DNA of 64,000 nucleotides from a virus. The stretch lies in the IMG/VR virus record IMGVR_UViG_3300020185_000022, one strand, 5' to 3'. The first letter of the stretch is position 1, and each line of letters begins with the position of its first letter. The notes under the pieces are model-generated. The model did no database searches. It was not told the DNA's origin and was given only the letters and a program-made list of their open reading frames with translations. Below, piece by piece: positions 35,119-44,714 of this stretch. The position numbers were made by a program, and so were the translations under genes.

Positions 35119-37104
35119 ATGATTTACTTAGTTTCTAATCAAACACGAATTTTTGAAGATACAAGTATCTTACAAATATCTGTAGAAAGGAGTCTAGAAA
35201 TTCTAGCTCCTTTTTCTCAGATAGAGTTTGATACTGAAACTACTGGGCTAGATGCTCATACTTGTAGGTTATTATCTATGCAGTTTGGGAATATTAATTT
35301 TCAAGTTGTTGTGGACTGTACTACTATTTCTCCCCTGAAATATAAAAAATTACTAGAGGATAAGTCAAAGACTTTCCTAATGCAGAATGCCAAGTTTGAC
35401 TTGAAATTTCTGTACAGGTATATGATAGTTCCACATAATGTTTACGATACTATGCTAGGTGAGAGTGTTATTCACTCTGGCGACAGGTCTAAACGAAAGT
35501 CTCTTGACGTTATTACTGAGAGATATCTTGGTTTTAGATTAGATAAGACTGTTCGTGGTAGCATTCACAAAGAAGGACTCTCAGAAAGAGTCATTAAGTA
35601 TGCTGCTGATGATGTTAAATATCTTGGTGAAATTAAAAAACATCAAGATAAGATTCTCAAAGAAACTGGGATGACTTTGGCATTAGACTTAGATAATATG
35701 TACGTAAAAGTACTTGCTTATATAGAATACTGCGGTATGTATATGGATAGCGAGTCTTGGAAGTTCAAGTGTAAACTGGACATGAAGCATATGGATATCT
35801 GGGCAGGTTTACTTGACAGACATCTAAATTCTCTCTTTGATAAGAATCCTAAACTTAAGAAGTTTCAAAAAGTACAGTATAGTTTAGACTTATTTGGAGA
35901 AGAAGATAGAAAAGTTACCATTAACTGGTCTAGTCCTACTCAAGTACTTGATGTGCTGGGGTGTTTTGACATCAAGCCAGTTGTTATGGACAAGAAGACT
36001 AAGAAGATGAAATATTCTGTCGAGTCTGGTGTCCTAAAAAAGTACAAGAAAGAACTCGATAAAGCTTTAGGGAAAGATTTCCTTAGATTGTACCTGAAAT
36101 ACAAAGCATCGCAGAAGACAGTTACTACCTATGGTAAAAACTTCTTCAGTCATATTAATCCTATCACTGGAAGAATACATACTAAGTTCAATCAATTGAT
36201 GAACACAGGTAGATTATCTTCAGGTGGAAAGGATAGAGCTCTTAGAGTCGATTTCATAAACTTTCAGAACATTCCTAGGGGTAAGTATACTCGAGGTCGT
36301 TTCGTAGCTCAGAGGGCTTCTAATACGCTCGTATGTGCTGATTATAGCTCACAGGAAAGTGTCGTACTGACAAATCTATCAAATGAATCTAATCTTATTG
36401 AATTCTATACGAATGGAGAAGGAGACTTACATACTTTCGTTGCAAAGCTTCTTTACCCAGCCATCAAGGACTGTACAGTTAAAGAAGTCAAGACAAAGCA
36501 CTCAGAAAAGAGACAGACTGCAAAGTCTGCAAACTTCGCCCTTGCTTATGGGGGAGATGGATACACTCTTAGTAAGAACCTTGATATACCTATTGCTGAA
36601 GGCAAGGAGATTTATAACAAGTACTTTGATGCCTTTCCTGGCCTTAAAGATTACTTTAATAAATGTTCTGACGAAGCTTTACAGAAGGGCTATGTTGTAT
36701 TATCGCCTGTAAGTGGTAGAAGAACTTATTTCCCTCAGCACGAAGAATACAAGACTCTTAAAAGCAAGAGACCTGCATTTGGTACTGAAGAAGGAAAGAA
36801 GCTTTTTAGAATGAAAGGCTCCATGACTAGAGACAGTATTAATTATCCAATACAGGGTACATCAGCTGAGATGACTAAACTAGCTCAAGTGTTGTTCTTT
36901 GATGAATTACGTAAGAGGGATTTATTATTTACTGTTCTAATACCTAATGTGGTACACGATGAAATACTAATCGAGTGTCCTAAGAAAATTGCCCAAGAGA
37001 TGTCAGATTTGTTACAAGAGTGTATGGAAAAAGCAGGACGTAAGTTCTGTAAGACTATACCTGTTGCTGCAGAACCTATGATTTCGTCAGCCTGGGAACA
37101 TTAA
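35119..37104 (+). CDS. polA: DNA polymerase, family A, with 3'-5' exonuclease domain
   Basis: Exo I EFDTETTGLD, Exo II NAKFDLKFL, Exo III YAADDV. Pol motif A CADYSSQESVVL, motif B RQTAKSANFALAYGG, motif C VVHDEILIE. No 5'-3' exonuclease domain is present. Confidence 0.92.
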   Translation: MIYLVSNQTRIFEDTSILQISVERSLEILAPFSQIEFDTETTGLDAHTCRLLSMQFGNINFQVVVDCTTISPLKYKKLLEDKSKTFLMQNAKFDLKFLYRYMIVPHNVYDTMLGESVIHSGDRSKRKSLDVITERYLGFRLDKTVRGSIHKEGLSERVIKYAADDVKYLGEIKKHQDKILKETGMTLALDLDNMYVKVLAYIEYCGMYMDSESWKFKCKLDMKHMDIWAGLLDRHLNSLFDKNPKLKKFQKVQYSLDLFGEEDRKVTINWSSPTQVLDVLGCFDIKPVVMDKKTKKMKYSVESGVLKKYKKELDKALGKDFLRLYLKYKASQKTVTTYGKNFFSHINPITGRIHTKFNQLMNTGRLSSGGKDRALRVDFINFQNIPRGKYTRGRFVAQRASNTLVCADYSSQESVVLTNLSNESNLIEFYTNGEGDLHTFVAKLLYPAIKDCTVKEVKTKHSEKRQTAKSANFALAYGGDGYTLSKNLDIPIAEGKEIYNKYFDAFPGLKDYFNKCSDEALQKGYVVLSPVSGRRTYFPQHEEYKTLKSKRPAFGTEEGKKLFRMKGSMTRDSINYPIQGTSAEMTKLAQVLFFDELRKRDLLFTVLIPNVVHDEILIECPKKIAQEMSDLLQECMEKAGRKFCKTIPVAAEPMISSAWEH

Positions 37105-37115
37105 AATCTTAATTC

Positions 37116-37736
37116 ATGAATAAAGTAAGAAAAATCACAATACAAGATATAGCGTATTACGTCTCTAATTATTTTGAGCTTAGCCAAGAAGAATTATTCG
37201 ATGCAAATAGAAGACTTCAAGACCTAGTATATGCTAGGCAGATTTCCTTCTATTTGTTTCGTAAATACCTTGGACTAAGTCTTCCTAAAATAGGCAGAAT
37301 GTTTGCACATGATAAAGCTGTAAATGAGCATTTAAGCCACTCTACTGTAATTCATGGTATAGCTTGTGTTCATAATGCTATGGAGCTAGATAGCAAAAAT
37401 ATGAGTCGTGATCCTGACTTATATGAGCCTGCAAACACTATAGAAAAGATAGTCAAAGAGCATCTCACTGGTGCTGTAGAGATTGATTTATTTAAGCTTA
37501 GGAAAATTAATCTTATGAGAGATAATATTCTTTCTAGGTTAATGGATCCAGGCACAAAGGAATTATTGATCAGTGCTGACAATCTTTGGGAAGAAAGACA
37601 TGAGATAATTCATGAGCTCAAAAGAATGAATAAACGACGTGAATTACTTGATTCTCGCAGAGAAGAGTTAGAGTGTCAACTAAAAGAAGTTTATGGGGAA
37701 TCTGATACAGAAGGAACAAATAAACTGGCTCCTTAA
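37116..37736 (+). CDS. DnaA C-terminal (domain IV) HTH protein without an AAA+ domain
   Basis: IAYYVSNYFELSQEELFDANRRLQDLVYARQISFYLFRKYLGLSLPKIGRMFA...HSTVIHGIACV matches the Bac_DnaA_C pattern (R....aRqia.YL.r.l...Sl..IG..f...HsTV.ha). About 90 aa of helix/coiled coil follow. Confidence 0.7.
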   Translation: MNKVRKITIQDIAYYVSNYFELSQEELFDANRRLQDLVYARQISFYLFRKYLGLSLPKIGRMFAHDKAVNEHLSHSTVIHGIACVHNAMELDSKNMSRDPDLYEPANTIEKIVKEHLTGAVEIDLFKLRKINLMRDNILSRLMDPGTKELLISADNLWEERHEIIHELKRMNKRRELLDSRREELECQLKEVYGESDTEGTNKLAP

Positions 37737-37941
37737 TGGTACAGTTTATTATCGTATTACCACTAAGTATAAAGGTACTTTTATAACTTTTGATTACAAT
37801 GGAATAAATAACACTGTTAAAATTCATAAAGTTGGCAGTAAAGCATACTATATTAATAAGCATATTCCTCTAGTGCAGTTTGACAATTCTTTTCAAGAAG
37901 AAGTGAGGCGTGCAATTTCTTGTAAAAATGAAAATAACTAA
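37693..37941 (+). CDS. Hypothetical protein
   Basis: 82-aa ORF overlapping the upstream gene by 44 nt. Confidence 0.4.
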   Translation: MGNLIQKEQINWLLNGTVYYRITTKYKGTFITFDYNGINNTVKIHKVGSKAYYINKHIPLVQFDNSFQEEVRRAISCKNENN

Positions 37942-38236
37942 AGAAGATTTCAGGATGTTGCTTAATAAATCCCTAAGTGTTGCGAGAGATCCTAAAACAG
38001 GATTATTACGTATAAATACTAGAGTAAAAGTTAAGTATAGTATTGTAACTGCAAAATCTGGAGATTTTCCAGGAATAGGAATTAATCTAGATATGCAAAG
38101 TTTTGCTGGTAAATACGTAACTATTTCTTCCATAATACCTCATCATCAAGTTTCTAATTATTACAAAATATTAGAAGATCATAGTGCGAATGCTTGGATA
38201 GAAACTATGTTTGAAATAAACGAATATTTTACTTAA
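37928..38236 (+). CDS. Hypothetical protein
   Basis: The track ORF starts at 37910. I prefer the ATG at 37928 (MKITKEDF...). Confidence 0.45.
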   Translation: MKITKEDFRMLLNKSLSVARDPKTGLLRINTRVKVKYSIVTAKSGDFPGIGINLDMQSFAGKYVTISSIIPHHQVSNYYKILEDHSANAWIETMFEINEYFT

Positions 38237-38452
38237 ATGACTGAGAAAAAAGAGTTTGTTGTTCGTAGATTTCAATCTGGAACTGAGATGGCTATGTTCT
38301 TAGCTGACGAAAATAATTTTACTGACTTATCTAGAGATTATCCTGGGGGCAAAAGTAGAATGGACGTAAAGAACAAATGCATTCTTATGCAGATGGAGCC
38401 AAAAGTTAAAAAAGAAGTAAATGATGAGTCTACTAGAAAAAAATCTTCATGA
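38237..38452 (+). CDS. Hypothetical protein
   Basis: 71-aa ORF whose start abuts the upstream stop. Confidence 0.45.
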   Translation: MTEKKEFVVRRFQSGTEMAMFLADENNFTDLSRDYPGGKSRMDVKNKCILMQMEPKVKKEVNDESTRKKSS

Positions 38453-38669
38453 TATTTTTGAGAGAGAGTGGAATAAGCAAAGAATATTTCGCTTATTCAA
38501 CAAAAGTATGAATAGCTTTAAAGTAGATCCTAAAAGCAAAATTTGGAATTATGAAATCCACAAAAGAATTAATAAGATTGGGCCTTATGGGTCTACTTTT
38601 TTGCATGTTGATGGCTACGGTAATACTACCTGGATGTCAGCCAAAACACCATCTACACAAAAGAAGTAA
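38421..38669 (+). CDS. Hypothetical protein
   Basis: 82-aa ORF whose 3' 119 nt overlap 38551..38835 in another frame. Confidence 0.4.
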   Translation: MMSLLEKNLHDIFEREWNKQRIFRLFNKSMNSFKVDPKSKIWNYEIHKRINKIGPYGSTFLHVDGYGNTTWMSAKTPSTQKK

Positions 38670-38835
38670 CCTAAATGAAACAACAAAAGTTTTTGAAAGA
38701 GCTGACAGTTTGTTAAGAAGGGGCTTTATGGAATACACTGTGATATACGATACTAGTACTTTTACTATTATAGTGCCTATAAGTAAAAATTCTGAAATAA
38801 CTAAAACAAAAAGTAATGCCCAAAAAATGGACTGA
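38551..38835 (+). CDS. Probable lipoprotein
   Basis: Signal peptide MKSTKELIRLGLMGLLFCMLMATVILPGC with a lipobox Cys. Confidence 0.5.
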   Translation: MKSTKELIRLGLMGLLFCMLMATVILPGCQPKHHLHKRSNLNETTKVFERADSLLRRGFMEYTVIYDTSTFTIIVPISKNSEITKTKSNAQKMD

Positions 38836-39076
38836 TAATTTTAAAGATTATACAACTACAGATGTGGATGATGTTTCTAATGCTGAAAAGCCTGATCATT
38901 ATGAAGAGTTAGGAAAAATTGACATCTACGATGTAGCTTTAGCTTGGAATTTAAATATGCTTGAAGGTAATATTCTCAAGTATGTAGTGCGAAAAAAAGG
39001 ACAAGACAGGCTGAAAGATTTGCAGAAAGCAAAACTCACTCTTGAAAGACTAATCGAAGAAGAACGTAAATTTTAA
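38816..39076 (+). CDS. DUF3310-like phage protein
   Basis: PDHYEELGKIDIYDVALAWNLNMLEGNILKYVVRKKGQDRLKDLQKAKLTLERL matches the DUF3310 pattern (HY...ie.id......f..gN..KY..R...K....dl.KA..yl). Confidence 0.7.
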   Translation: MPKKWTDNFKDYTTTDVDDVSNAEKPDHYEELGKIDIYDVALAWNLNMLEGNILKYVVRKKGQDRLKDLQKAKLTLERLIEEERKF

Positions 39077-39080
39077 TATT

Positions 39081-40589
39081 ATGAAGGAAAATATTCCAGT
39101 AACATCAGACATAACTGAAGCATGTCTAAAAAATAGCTGGAATTTACTTCCAGAATATGTTAAAGAAAAACTAGGAGGAAAACTTGAAGATTCTTCGGAA
39201 TCTAATCCTAGAAAAAAGGATCTGTCTTTTAAGTTGGCTTCTCAATTTGTAGATTTAAAACTCAAAGACAAGAATTTAGCTAGGAAGATACTCACAGAAA
39301 ATACTGTTAGTTTATTTTTTAGTGGTATGAAAAATATTACTGTTCTTAAATATGCTACAGGAGTAGGTAAAAGTCTTATGGCTATAGCTTGCTTAGAGAG
39401 ATATTTATTTTATGCAAAAAATGTTAGTTCTAGAATACTTATAGTATGCAAGGAAACTAACCATATCCAAAATTGGAAAAATCTTATGTTAGAACATGGG
39501 ATATCTACTGATAGATATGATTTTTGCTGTTATCCTAGCATAGGTAAGTATGCTGCTCATGACTTTATTATTTTAGATGAATGTCATGCAGTAACTGCTA
39601 ACTATTTAAGTAAGTTCAAAGTACATCCTGAATCTACTAAAAAGATCATAGGACTTACTGCAACTCTTCCTGCAGAGAAAGAATTATTACTTAAAAAGTT
39701 CTTTGAGAAGCAAATTAAAGGCGCTCTTCCAAGTATTTATCAGGCTATAAAACTTGACATGAAGCAAGCTATACAGATAGGAATTCTCCCAGAACCGAGA
39801 ATAAATATCCATAGAATCTTCTTAGAAGAGCTTGACGATGTAAGTATATTATTACCAGTACATTATCCTTCTTATCCAGGCTCTGGTGATGGCCCAAATA
39901 CTACTTTGACGCTAAATTTTGATGTATCTGACGAATCTGCCAAAACTATTAATTTAGTAGGTAGTGGAAATACGATAAAGCTTGCTAGCATTGCTAAACT
40001 TGGCTGTGTGGATAAGCCAGTTAAAGTAAGACTTAATATGTCTGCTAAAGCTTGGTATAAGATATTAGATGCTAAAGTAGAAAAACTAAAAGATTCCTAC
40101 GACATAACAGGGTCTAAAGGAGTAAAAAATTTATGGCTACAAGCAGCATCTGAAAGAAAAAGAACAATAACAAGCTTTAAGACAAAACAAGCTCGCCTAA
40201 TCAGAGAGCACTACAAGAATAGTAGAAGTATTACATTTTGTGGTAGTATAAAACAAGCAGAAGAAATAGCTCATGAGATGACTCCTATTACTAGCAAAAC
40301 TAGTAAAGCAATTAGGAAGCAACTTATTGAGGATTTCAATGCTATGAAGTCAAATGAGCTAATATCTGTAAAAATGCTTAGAGAAGGTATGAACCTTAAA
40401 AAGATATCTGTAGGAAACATCGTACAGTTAGATAGTAGTACATTGAGCTTTATACAAATGTTGGGAAGATCATTTCGTTCTGAACTGCCTATAGTTAACA
40501 TTTTTGTCGTCATGGGAACAAGAGACGAAGATTATCTAGAAGGGGTTATAGACGAAATCCCAAGAAAATTTATTCATTATGTCAACTAA
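39081..40589 (+). CDS. Superfamily 2 (DEXH-box) helicase
   Basis: Motif I ATGVGKS, motif II ILDECH, motif III LTATLP, motif VI QMLGRSFR. Confidence 0.8.
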   Translation: MKENIPVTSDITEACLKNSWNLLPEYVKEKLGGKLEDSSESNPRKKDLSFKLASQFVDLKLKDKNLARKILTENTVSLFFSGMKNITVLKYATGVGKSLMAIACLERYLFYAKNVSSRILIVCKETNHIQNWKNLMLEHGISTDRYDFCCYPSIGKYAAHDFIILDECHAVTANYLSKFKVHPESTKKIIGLTATLPAEKELLLKKFFEKQIKGALPSIYQAIKLDMKQAIQIGILPEPRINIHRIFLEELDDVSILLPVHYPSYPGSGDGPNTTLTLNFDVSDESAKTINLVGSGNTIKLASIAKLGCVDKPVKVRLNMSAKAWYKILDAKVEKLKDSYDITGSKGVKNLWLQAASERKRTITSFKTKQARLIREHYKNSRSITFCGSIKQAEEIAHEMTPITSKTSKAIRKQLIEDFNAMKSNELISVKMLREGMNLKKISVGNIVQLDSSTLSFIQMLGRSFRSELPIVNIFVVMGTRDEDYLEGVIDEIPRKFIHYVN

Positions 40590-40785
40590 GCAATCAAAGA
40601 AGACTAAGAAAATTAGAAAGACCGAACCTTTAAGTAGGATGGAAGAATTCTATGAAGACTCTACTTCGAGAGCTATTGACTTTTACGGTAGTCATGAGGA
40701 AAGTAATAAAGTATCCGATGGAAAGGAAATACAACAAAAAGAAAGTTTGGATTCATTTCCAAGCAGAGACCTACTCTTTGATTAG
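40579..40785 (+). CDS. Small acidic hypothetical protein
   Basis: 68-aa ORF overlapping the helicase stop. Confidence 0.4.
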   Translation: MSTKQSKKTKKIRKTEPLSRMEEFYEDSTSRAIDFYGSHEESNKVSDGKEIQQKESLDSFPSRDLLFD

Positions 40786-40960
40786 CTACAGCAAAGTCAA
40801 GACAGGTCTATTCAAAGTGAACAATTCTGAATTATCATAACATACTATTTTATACTAAGAACAACACGGCAGATGTGTAAGGGCTGAAGAGCTCTTATGC
40901 ATTACCCAGTGTTGATACGATGAAAAAATAGTATAAATACAAACTTTAAACCTGAAAATT

Positions 40961-41242
40961 ATGAGTGAAGTTACCTTTAAGCCCAATCAAGGAAGATGTT
41001 TGATTCTTCCTGATGAAGCAGAAAAGAAGACAGAAAGTGGTATTATCATACCTGACTCAGCTAATACAGATAAGCCTATTACAGGAGTTATTGTAGCTGA
41101 TGGACTATATGATGATGGATTCTTTAATGAATTTAGTATAGGAGACAGAGTGGGCTATCCACAGCATGCTGTTATTGACTATAAAATTGATGGAGTCAAA
41201 TATGCCTTAGTGCGTCACGCACTTATTGACGGCACTATGTAA
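40961..41242 (+). CDS. groES: GroES (Cpn10) co-chaperonin homologue
   Basis: 93 aa. FKPNQGRCLILPDEAEKKTESGIIIPDSANTDKPITGVIVADG aligns to the GroES N-terminal pattern (l.PlgdRvlvk..e.e.kt.gGi.lpdsakekp..g.vvavG). Confidence 0.75.
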   Translation: MSEVTFKPNQGRCLILPDEAEKKTESGIIIPDSANTDKPITGVIVADGLYDDGFFNEFSIGDRVGYPQHAVIDYKIDGVKYALVRHALIDGTM

Positions 41243-41250
41243 TTGTAGTT

Positions 41251-41406
41251 ATGGAAGAGCGCGATTTAGTAATGTACAAAGGAATAGAGGCAGTTATTGT
41301 CCATAAATATAGTAATGGAAGTTTATACACTATTAAGTATGAACAAAAGGGTAATACCTACAGCCGTACTGTGTTTGGGAACAAATTAGCCCCTATTAAA
41401 AAGTAA
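41251..41406 (+). CDS. Small hypothetical protein (51 aa)
   Basis: Below the track cutoff. My translation: MEERDLVMYKGIEAVIVHKYSNGSLYTIKYEQKGNTYSRTVFGNKLAPIKK. Confidence 0.4.
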   Translation: MEERDLVMYKGIEAVIVHKYSNGSLYTIKYEQKGNTYSRTVFGNKLAPIKK

Positions 41407-41436
41407 GAAAACTAGACATAATTCGTTGTTTTTTCG

Positions 41437-41444
41437 TATATTTG
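41437..41444 (+). promoter_or_regulatory. TAnnTTTG box
   Basis: TATATTTG lies 12 nt upstream of the ATG at 41457. Confidence 0.4.
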
Positions 41445-41456
41445 TCAACGAAGTTG

Positions 41457-42032
41457 ATGAGAATAGAAGTAGATATAAATTCTCAACTTCCACCCAAATT
41501 TTACATAGTTCTTAAGTTACTTTATCTGAGAAAGTTCAGAGAGTGTGAGAAATTTATGCGAGATAGATTTCCTATAGAAAATCCTATAGAGTATCTCTGG
41601 CATAAGTCTTACGTGTTGAACGACCCCGCAAGTAAACCTGTGGATGTCATTTTAGATAAAGCTAAAGTAGCAAAAGAACTAGGCATTGTTGAGGAAGTTG
41701 AGACTTGGATTGACGATTATCGTCAGTTATTCAAGAAGTCAGGGAGATCTGGAGTGATGGGAAGTAGAAAGGCATGCGTAGTCAAGATGAGAAGATTCTT
41801 GGAAGAGTATGATTATTCTAAGGACATCATTCTTTCAGCTACTGAAAGGTATATTAATACCCAAGCAGTTGGTGGATTTATGTTTTTGCAACAAGCAGAT
41901 AACTTTATTCATAAAGAGATCACTGAACAAGGCAAAAAAGTGCCTACTAGCAGACTAGAATCGTTCTGTGAGGAGGTTACAGAATTGCCAGACACTAATG
42001 GAACTGTAGGACATGGAAAAGAATTTGTCTAA
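41457..42032 (+). CDS. Hypothetical protein upstream of the DnaB-type helicase (possible loader; guess)
   Basis: The track ORF starts at a TTG at 41442. I prefer the ATG at 41457, downstream of the TATATTTG box at 41437-41444. Confidence 0.45.
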   Translation: MRIEVDINSQLPPKFYIVLKLLYLRKFRECEKFMRDRFPIENPIEYLWHKSYVLNDPASKPVDVILDKAKVAKELGIVEEVETWIDDYRQLFKKSGRSGVMGSRKACVVKMRRFLEEYDYSKDIILSATERYINTQAVGGFMFLQQADNFIHKEITEQGKKVPTSRLESFCEEVTELPDTNGTVGHGKEFV

Positions 42033-42960
42033 GCCATTACCAATAATACACGTAGCAGCGGCAGCTACTGATGAACTGAACTACATTAAGGGCAGGAAAG
42101 CAGGTAGAATTAAGTCGCTGAAAACTAGTCTAACGAAGTTTGATTCTGCTGGAATCAATGGGTTAGAGTGGGGTAGTATTTATACTATTGCTGGAATGTC
42201 TGGCAGTGGTAAAACTACATTTGTTAATCAGCTAGAAGAAGAGTTTTTTAAGTATAACCCAAGAGAAGATTTTCTAACCTTAAATTTCAACTTTGAAATG
42301 AAAGCTAGAAGACTTATTGGAAGAAAGTTTTCTCAAGGACTTGGAAAAACAGTTAAGCAAATCTATTCTGCTGATGAAAGCCCTCTTGATATTACAGACC
42401 ATGAAGTGTCTCAAGCAGAATCTATAGCTAAGTCTTTATCGACTCAGCCTATATTCTATGTAGATACTACAGGTAATGTGGAAGAGATGAGAGCTACGAT
42501 TATGAAAATGCATAAGTTATATCCTGAAAAGAAGATATTAGTGACTCTAGACCACACTGTATTAGTGAAGAAACTAGGGACACAAACTGCAACTGATAAG
42601 CTCTATGAGCTGTTGGCTATGTTTAACGAATGCAAGAAGATAATCACCTCATCTTATATTGTCCTTAGTCAACTTAACAGGGAGATTGAAGCAACAGACA
42701 GGCGAACAGTACCAAAGTTGCACTATCCTATCAAACAAGATTTGTTTGGTGGAGATGCGTGTTATATGTTTTCTGATGTCGTAGCTGTTATTCATAATCC
42801 TTATAGGTCTTTTGACATACTAGAATACGGAACTACTAAGTATCCTTGTAGAGACAAGATATTTATACACTATCTCAAGTGCAGAGATGGTCAGCCGTTT
42901 ATAGCTGTCATGAAGGATAACCTTAAACATAACAAAATAGAGGAGGAAACAGTAATATGA
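42013..42960 (+). CDS. DnaB-family replicative helicase (RecA-like C-terminal domain only)
   Basis: Walker A AGMSGSGKTTFVNQL, Walker B-like LVTLDHTVLV, and the DnaB-typical VLSQLNREIE. Confidence 0.75.
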   Translation: MEKNLSKPLPIIHVAAAATDELNYIKGRKAGRIKSLKTSLTKFDSAGINGLEWGSIYTIAGMSGSGKTTFVNQLEEEFFKYNPREDFLTLNFNFEMKARRLIGRKFSQGLGKTVKQIYSADESPLDITDHEVSQAESIAKSLSTQPIFYVDTTGNVEEMRATIMKMHKLYPEKKILVTLDHTVLVKKLGTQTATDKLYELLAMFNECKKIITSSYIVLSQLNREIEATDRRTVPKLHYPIKQDLFGGDACYMFSDVVAVIHNPYRSFDILEYGTTKYPCRDKIFIHYLKCRDGQPFIAVMKDNLKHNKIEEETVI

Positions 42961-43406
42961 AAGATTATTACATACACAAAGTCAAAAAGACTTTTAGAGG
43001 TATGGTTGATGTAAGAAGTAATTTGGCAACAAAAGCAGTACAGGAAAATAAATCTGTAAAAGTTATACTGCATGGAGCTATTATGACCCTTACTCCAGCC
43101 CAATTGAGATCGCCTTTAAGTATTTCAAAAAAAGAATGGGTAAGTATGTACGATAAGGATGAGAATGGTAATCCTCAATCGTATAAACTTCTCAGTTATT
43201 CATGGAAACCTGATCTTGAAAAAGGAGAAGTAATTGAAGAGAAATCTCCAGAGACTTTAGACGACGTAGTTCAGGAAATGTTAGAGGCTACTTTGTTAGG
43301 AGTGACTAGATATGCCAGTACTAAAGATATTGAGCATCTCAATCAAGCTAGCAAGCATATTCAGTCTTTGATAAACCATGAATTAGGTAATAATCGTAAA
43401 CCTTAA
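42957..43406 (+). CDS. Hypothetical protein
   Basis: 149-aa ORF with an ATGA overlap with the helicase gene. Confidence 0.5.
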   Translation: MKDYYIHKVKKTFRGMVDVRSNLATKAVQENKSVKVILHGAIMTLTPAQLRSPLSISKKEWVSMYDKDENGNPQSYKLLSYSWKPDLEKGEVIEEKSPETLDDVVQEMLEATLLGVTRYASTKDIEHLNQASKHIQSLINHELGNNRKP

Positions 43407-43423
43407 ATAGTTAATTTGTTTAT

Positions 43424-44098
43424 ATGGCTAAATTAGTCTTTGTTGTTGGAAAGAGTGGACATGGAAAGTCTACGTCTATGATGAATCTCAACCCTGAGAG
43501 CACTGTCATTATTAATAGTGATAGTAAAGATCTTCCTTTCCCTGGAGCACATAAGAAGTATACAGAAGATGAAAACATCTTCCATACATCTAATGTACCA
43601 GAGATTGTAAAGGTTCTTCAAAAGGCAAACTCTAATCCAAAAGTTAAAAGTGTAGTACTAGACACTTGGTCTAGAACTATGACTGATGCCGTTATGGATC
43701 CTAAATTCAGAGCCAATTCTGGTTATGAAAAATGGGCTACATATTCTGGTAATCAGTATGATCTTATTGGCATTGTCAATAAGAATATGAGAAAGGATAT
43801 AATTGTGTACTTTATGGCGCATCCTGAAATCATCTTCGACGAAATGGGTCGACAGGTGTACAGAGTGCAGACTCAAGGTAAGCAGTTAGATGCTTTCGTA
43901 CCTGAGAGTTTCTCCACCGTCGTTCTCTACACTGAAGTAGTAGATAATCCTGGCAAAGTGCCTGATTTTCACTTCAGAACAGTTACTAGAGGTAACGATA
44001 CTTGTAAAGCTCCTTTGGGTATGTTTGATAAAGATCTGATTCCTAATGATCTCAAGATTGTGGAAGGAGCTATTAGGAAATATACAGGTATTGAGTAA
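43424..44098 (+). CDS. P-loop ATPase, AAA_24/Sak4-like
   Basis: N-terminal LVFVVGKSGHGKST (Walker A) and VVLDTWSRTM (Walker B-like). Size and context are typical of phage recombination ATPases. Confidence 0.55.
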   Translation: MAKLVFVVGKSGHGKSTSMMNLNPESTVIINSDSKDLPFPGAHKKYTEDENIFHTSNVPEIVKVLQKANSNPKVKSVVLDTWSRTMTDAVMDPKFRANSGYEKWATYSGNQYDLIGIVNKNMRKDIIVYFMAHPEIIFDEMGRQVYRVQTQGKQLDAFVPESFSTVVLYTEVVDNPGKVPDFHFRTVTRGNDTCKAPLGMFDKDLIPNDLKIVEGAIRKYTGIE

Positions 44099-44110
44099 TT
44101 TTAATTAGAG

Positions 44111-44683
44111 ATGATGTTAGAGAGTAGTGAGATTAGAGAAGCGGTGTTTGGAATCCCTAACGCTAGAGGAGTAATTACTGGCAAGTATCCTACGATACCA
44201 GTGCTGACAATTACAGCTCAAGTGAAGAAAGGAACCTCTGCGTCTTTTATCTTTAATGACAAGGCTGTCCAGGACTTAGACCTAGTACCTGGAGTGTCTA
44301 GTGTTTCGTTTGCTTTTGAGGACGATACTATCTTAGTTGGTAACACCACAGAGGTTATCAAAGAGGATAATTCCCAAAAGAAGCTTACGAAAAACAAACC
44401 GTACAAAATTCGTAACAAATCACTCAGAAGCTACATAGCTCGAGTATTTGGCGAAAAGTACAACTTCAACGAGGACGTAGAATTTGTTTTAGAATTAGGC
44501 GAACGTAAAGTTGGAGGACAGGTTGTAAAAACTGCTGAATTAGTAGAGATGAATGAGTATAACAGTCGTCAGACTGAAAGTACTTCCCCTGAAATGGAAG
44601 AAACTTATACTCAGTACAATGACAATGAAGTTGTTGATTCTACTATGAATGCAGAAGAAACACTTGAGGAAGCTCAAGCGTAA
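44111..44683 (+). CDS. Hypothetical protein with an acidic C-terminal tail
   Basis: 190-aa ORF. Confidence 0.5.
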   Translation: MMLESSEIREAVFGIPNARGVITGKYPTIPVLTITAQVKKGTSASFIFNDKAVQDLDLVPGVSSVSFAFEDDTILVGNTTEVIKEDNSQKKLTKNKPYKIRNKSLRSYIARVFGEKYNFNEDVEFVLELGERKVGGQVVKTAELVEMNEYNSRQTESTSPEMEETYTQYNDNEVVDSTMNAEETLEEAQA

Positions 44684-44714
44684 TTGTTGATTTGTTAATT
44701 TAATTTTTGTTTAT

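Noticed and set aside
40008-40016. Perfect DnaA box (TGTGGATAA, the reverse complement of TTATCCACA) inside the helicase gene, plus an 8/9 match at 41153-41161.
   Set aside because: A given 9-mer is expected about 0.5 times in 128 kb of two-strand sequence. The matches are isolated, inside coding DNA and not clustered.
40652-40840. 62-aa ORF overlapping 40579..40785 in another frame.
   Set aside because: It is the less plausible of the two. It has no coupling to the helicase stop and extends into a gap that looks non-coding.
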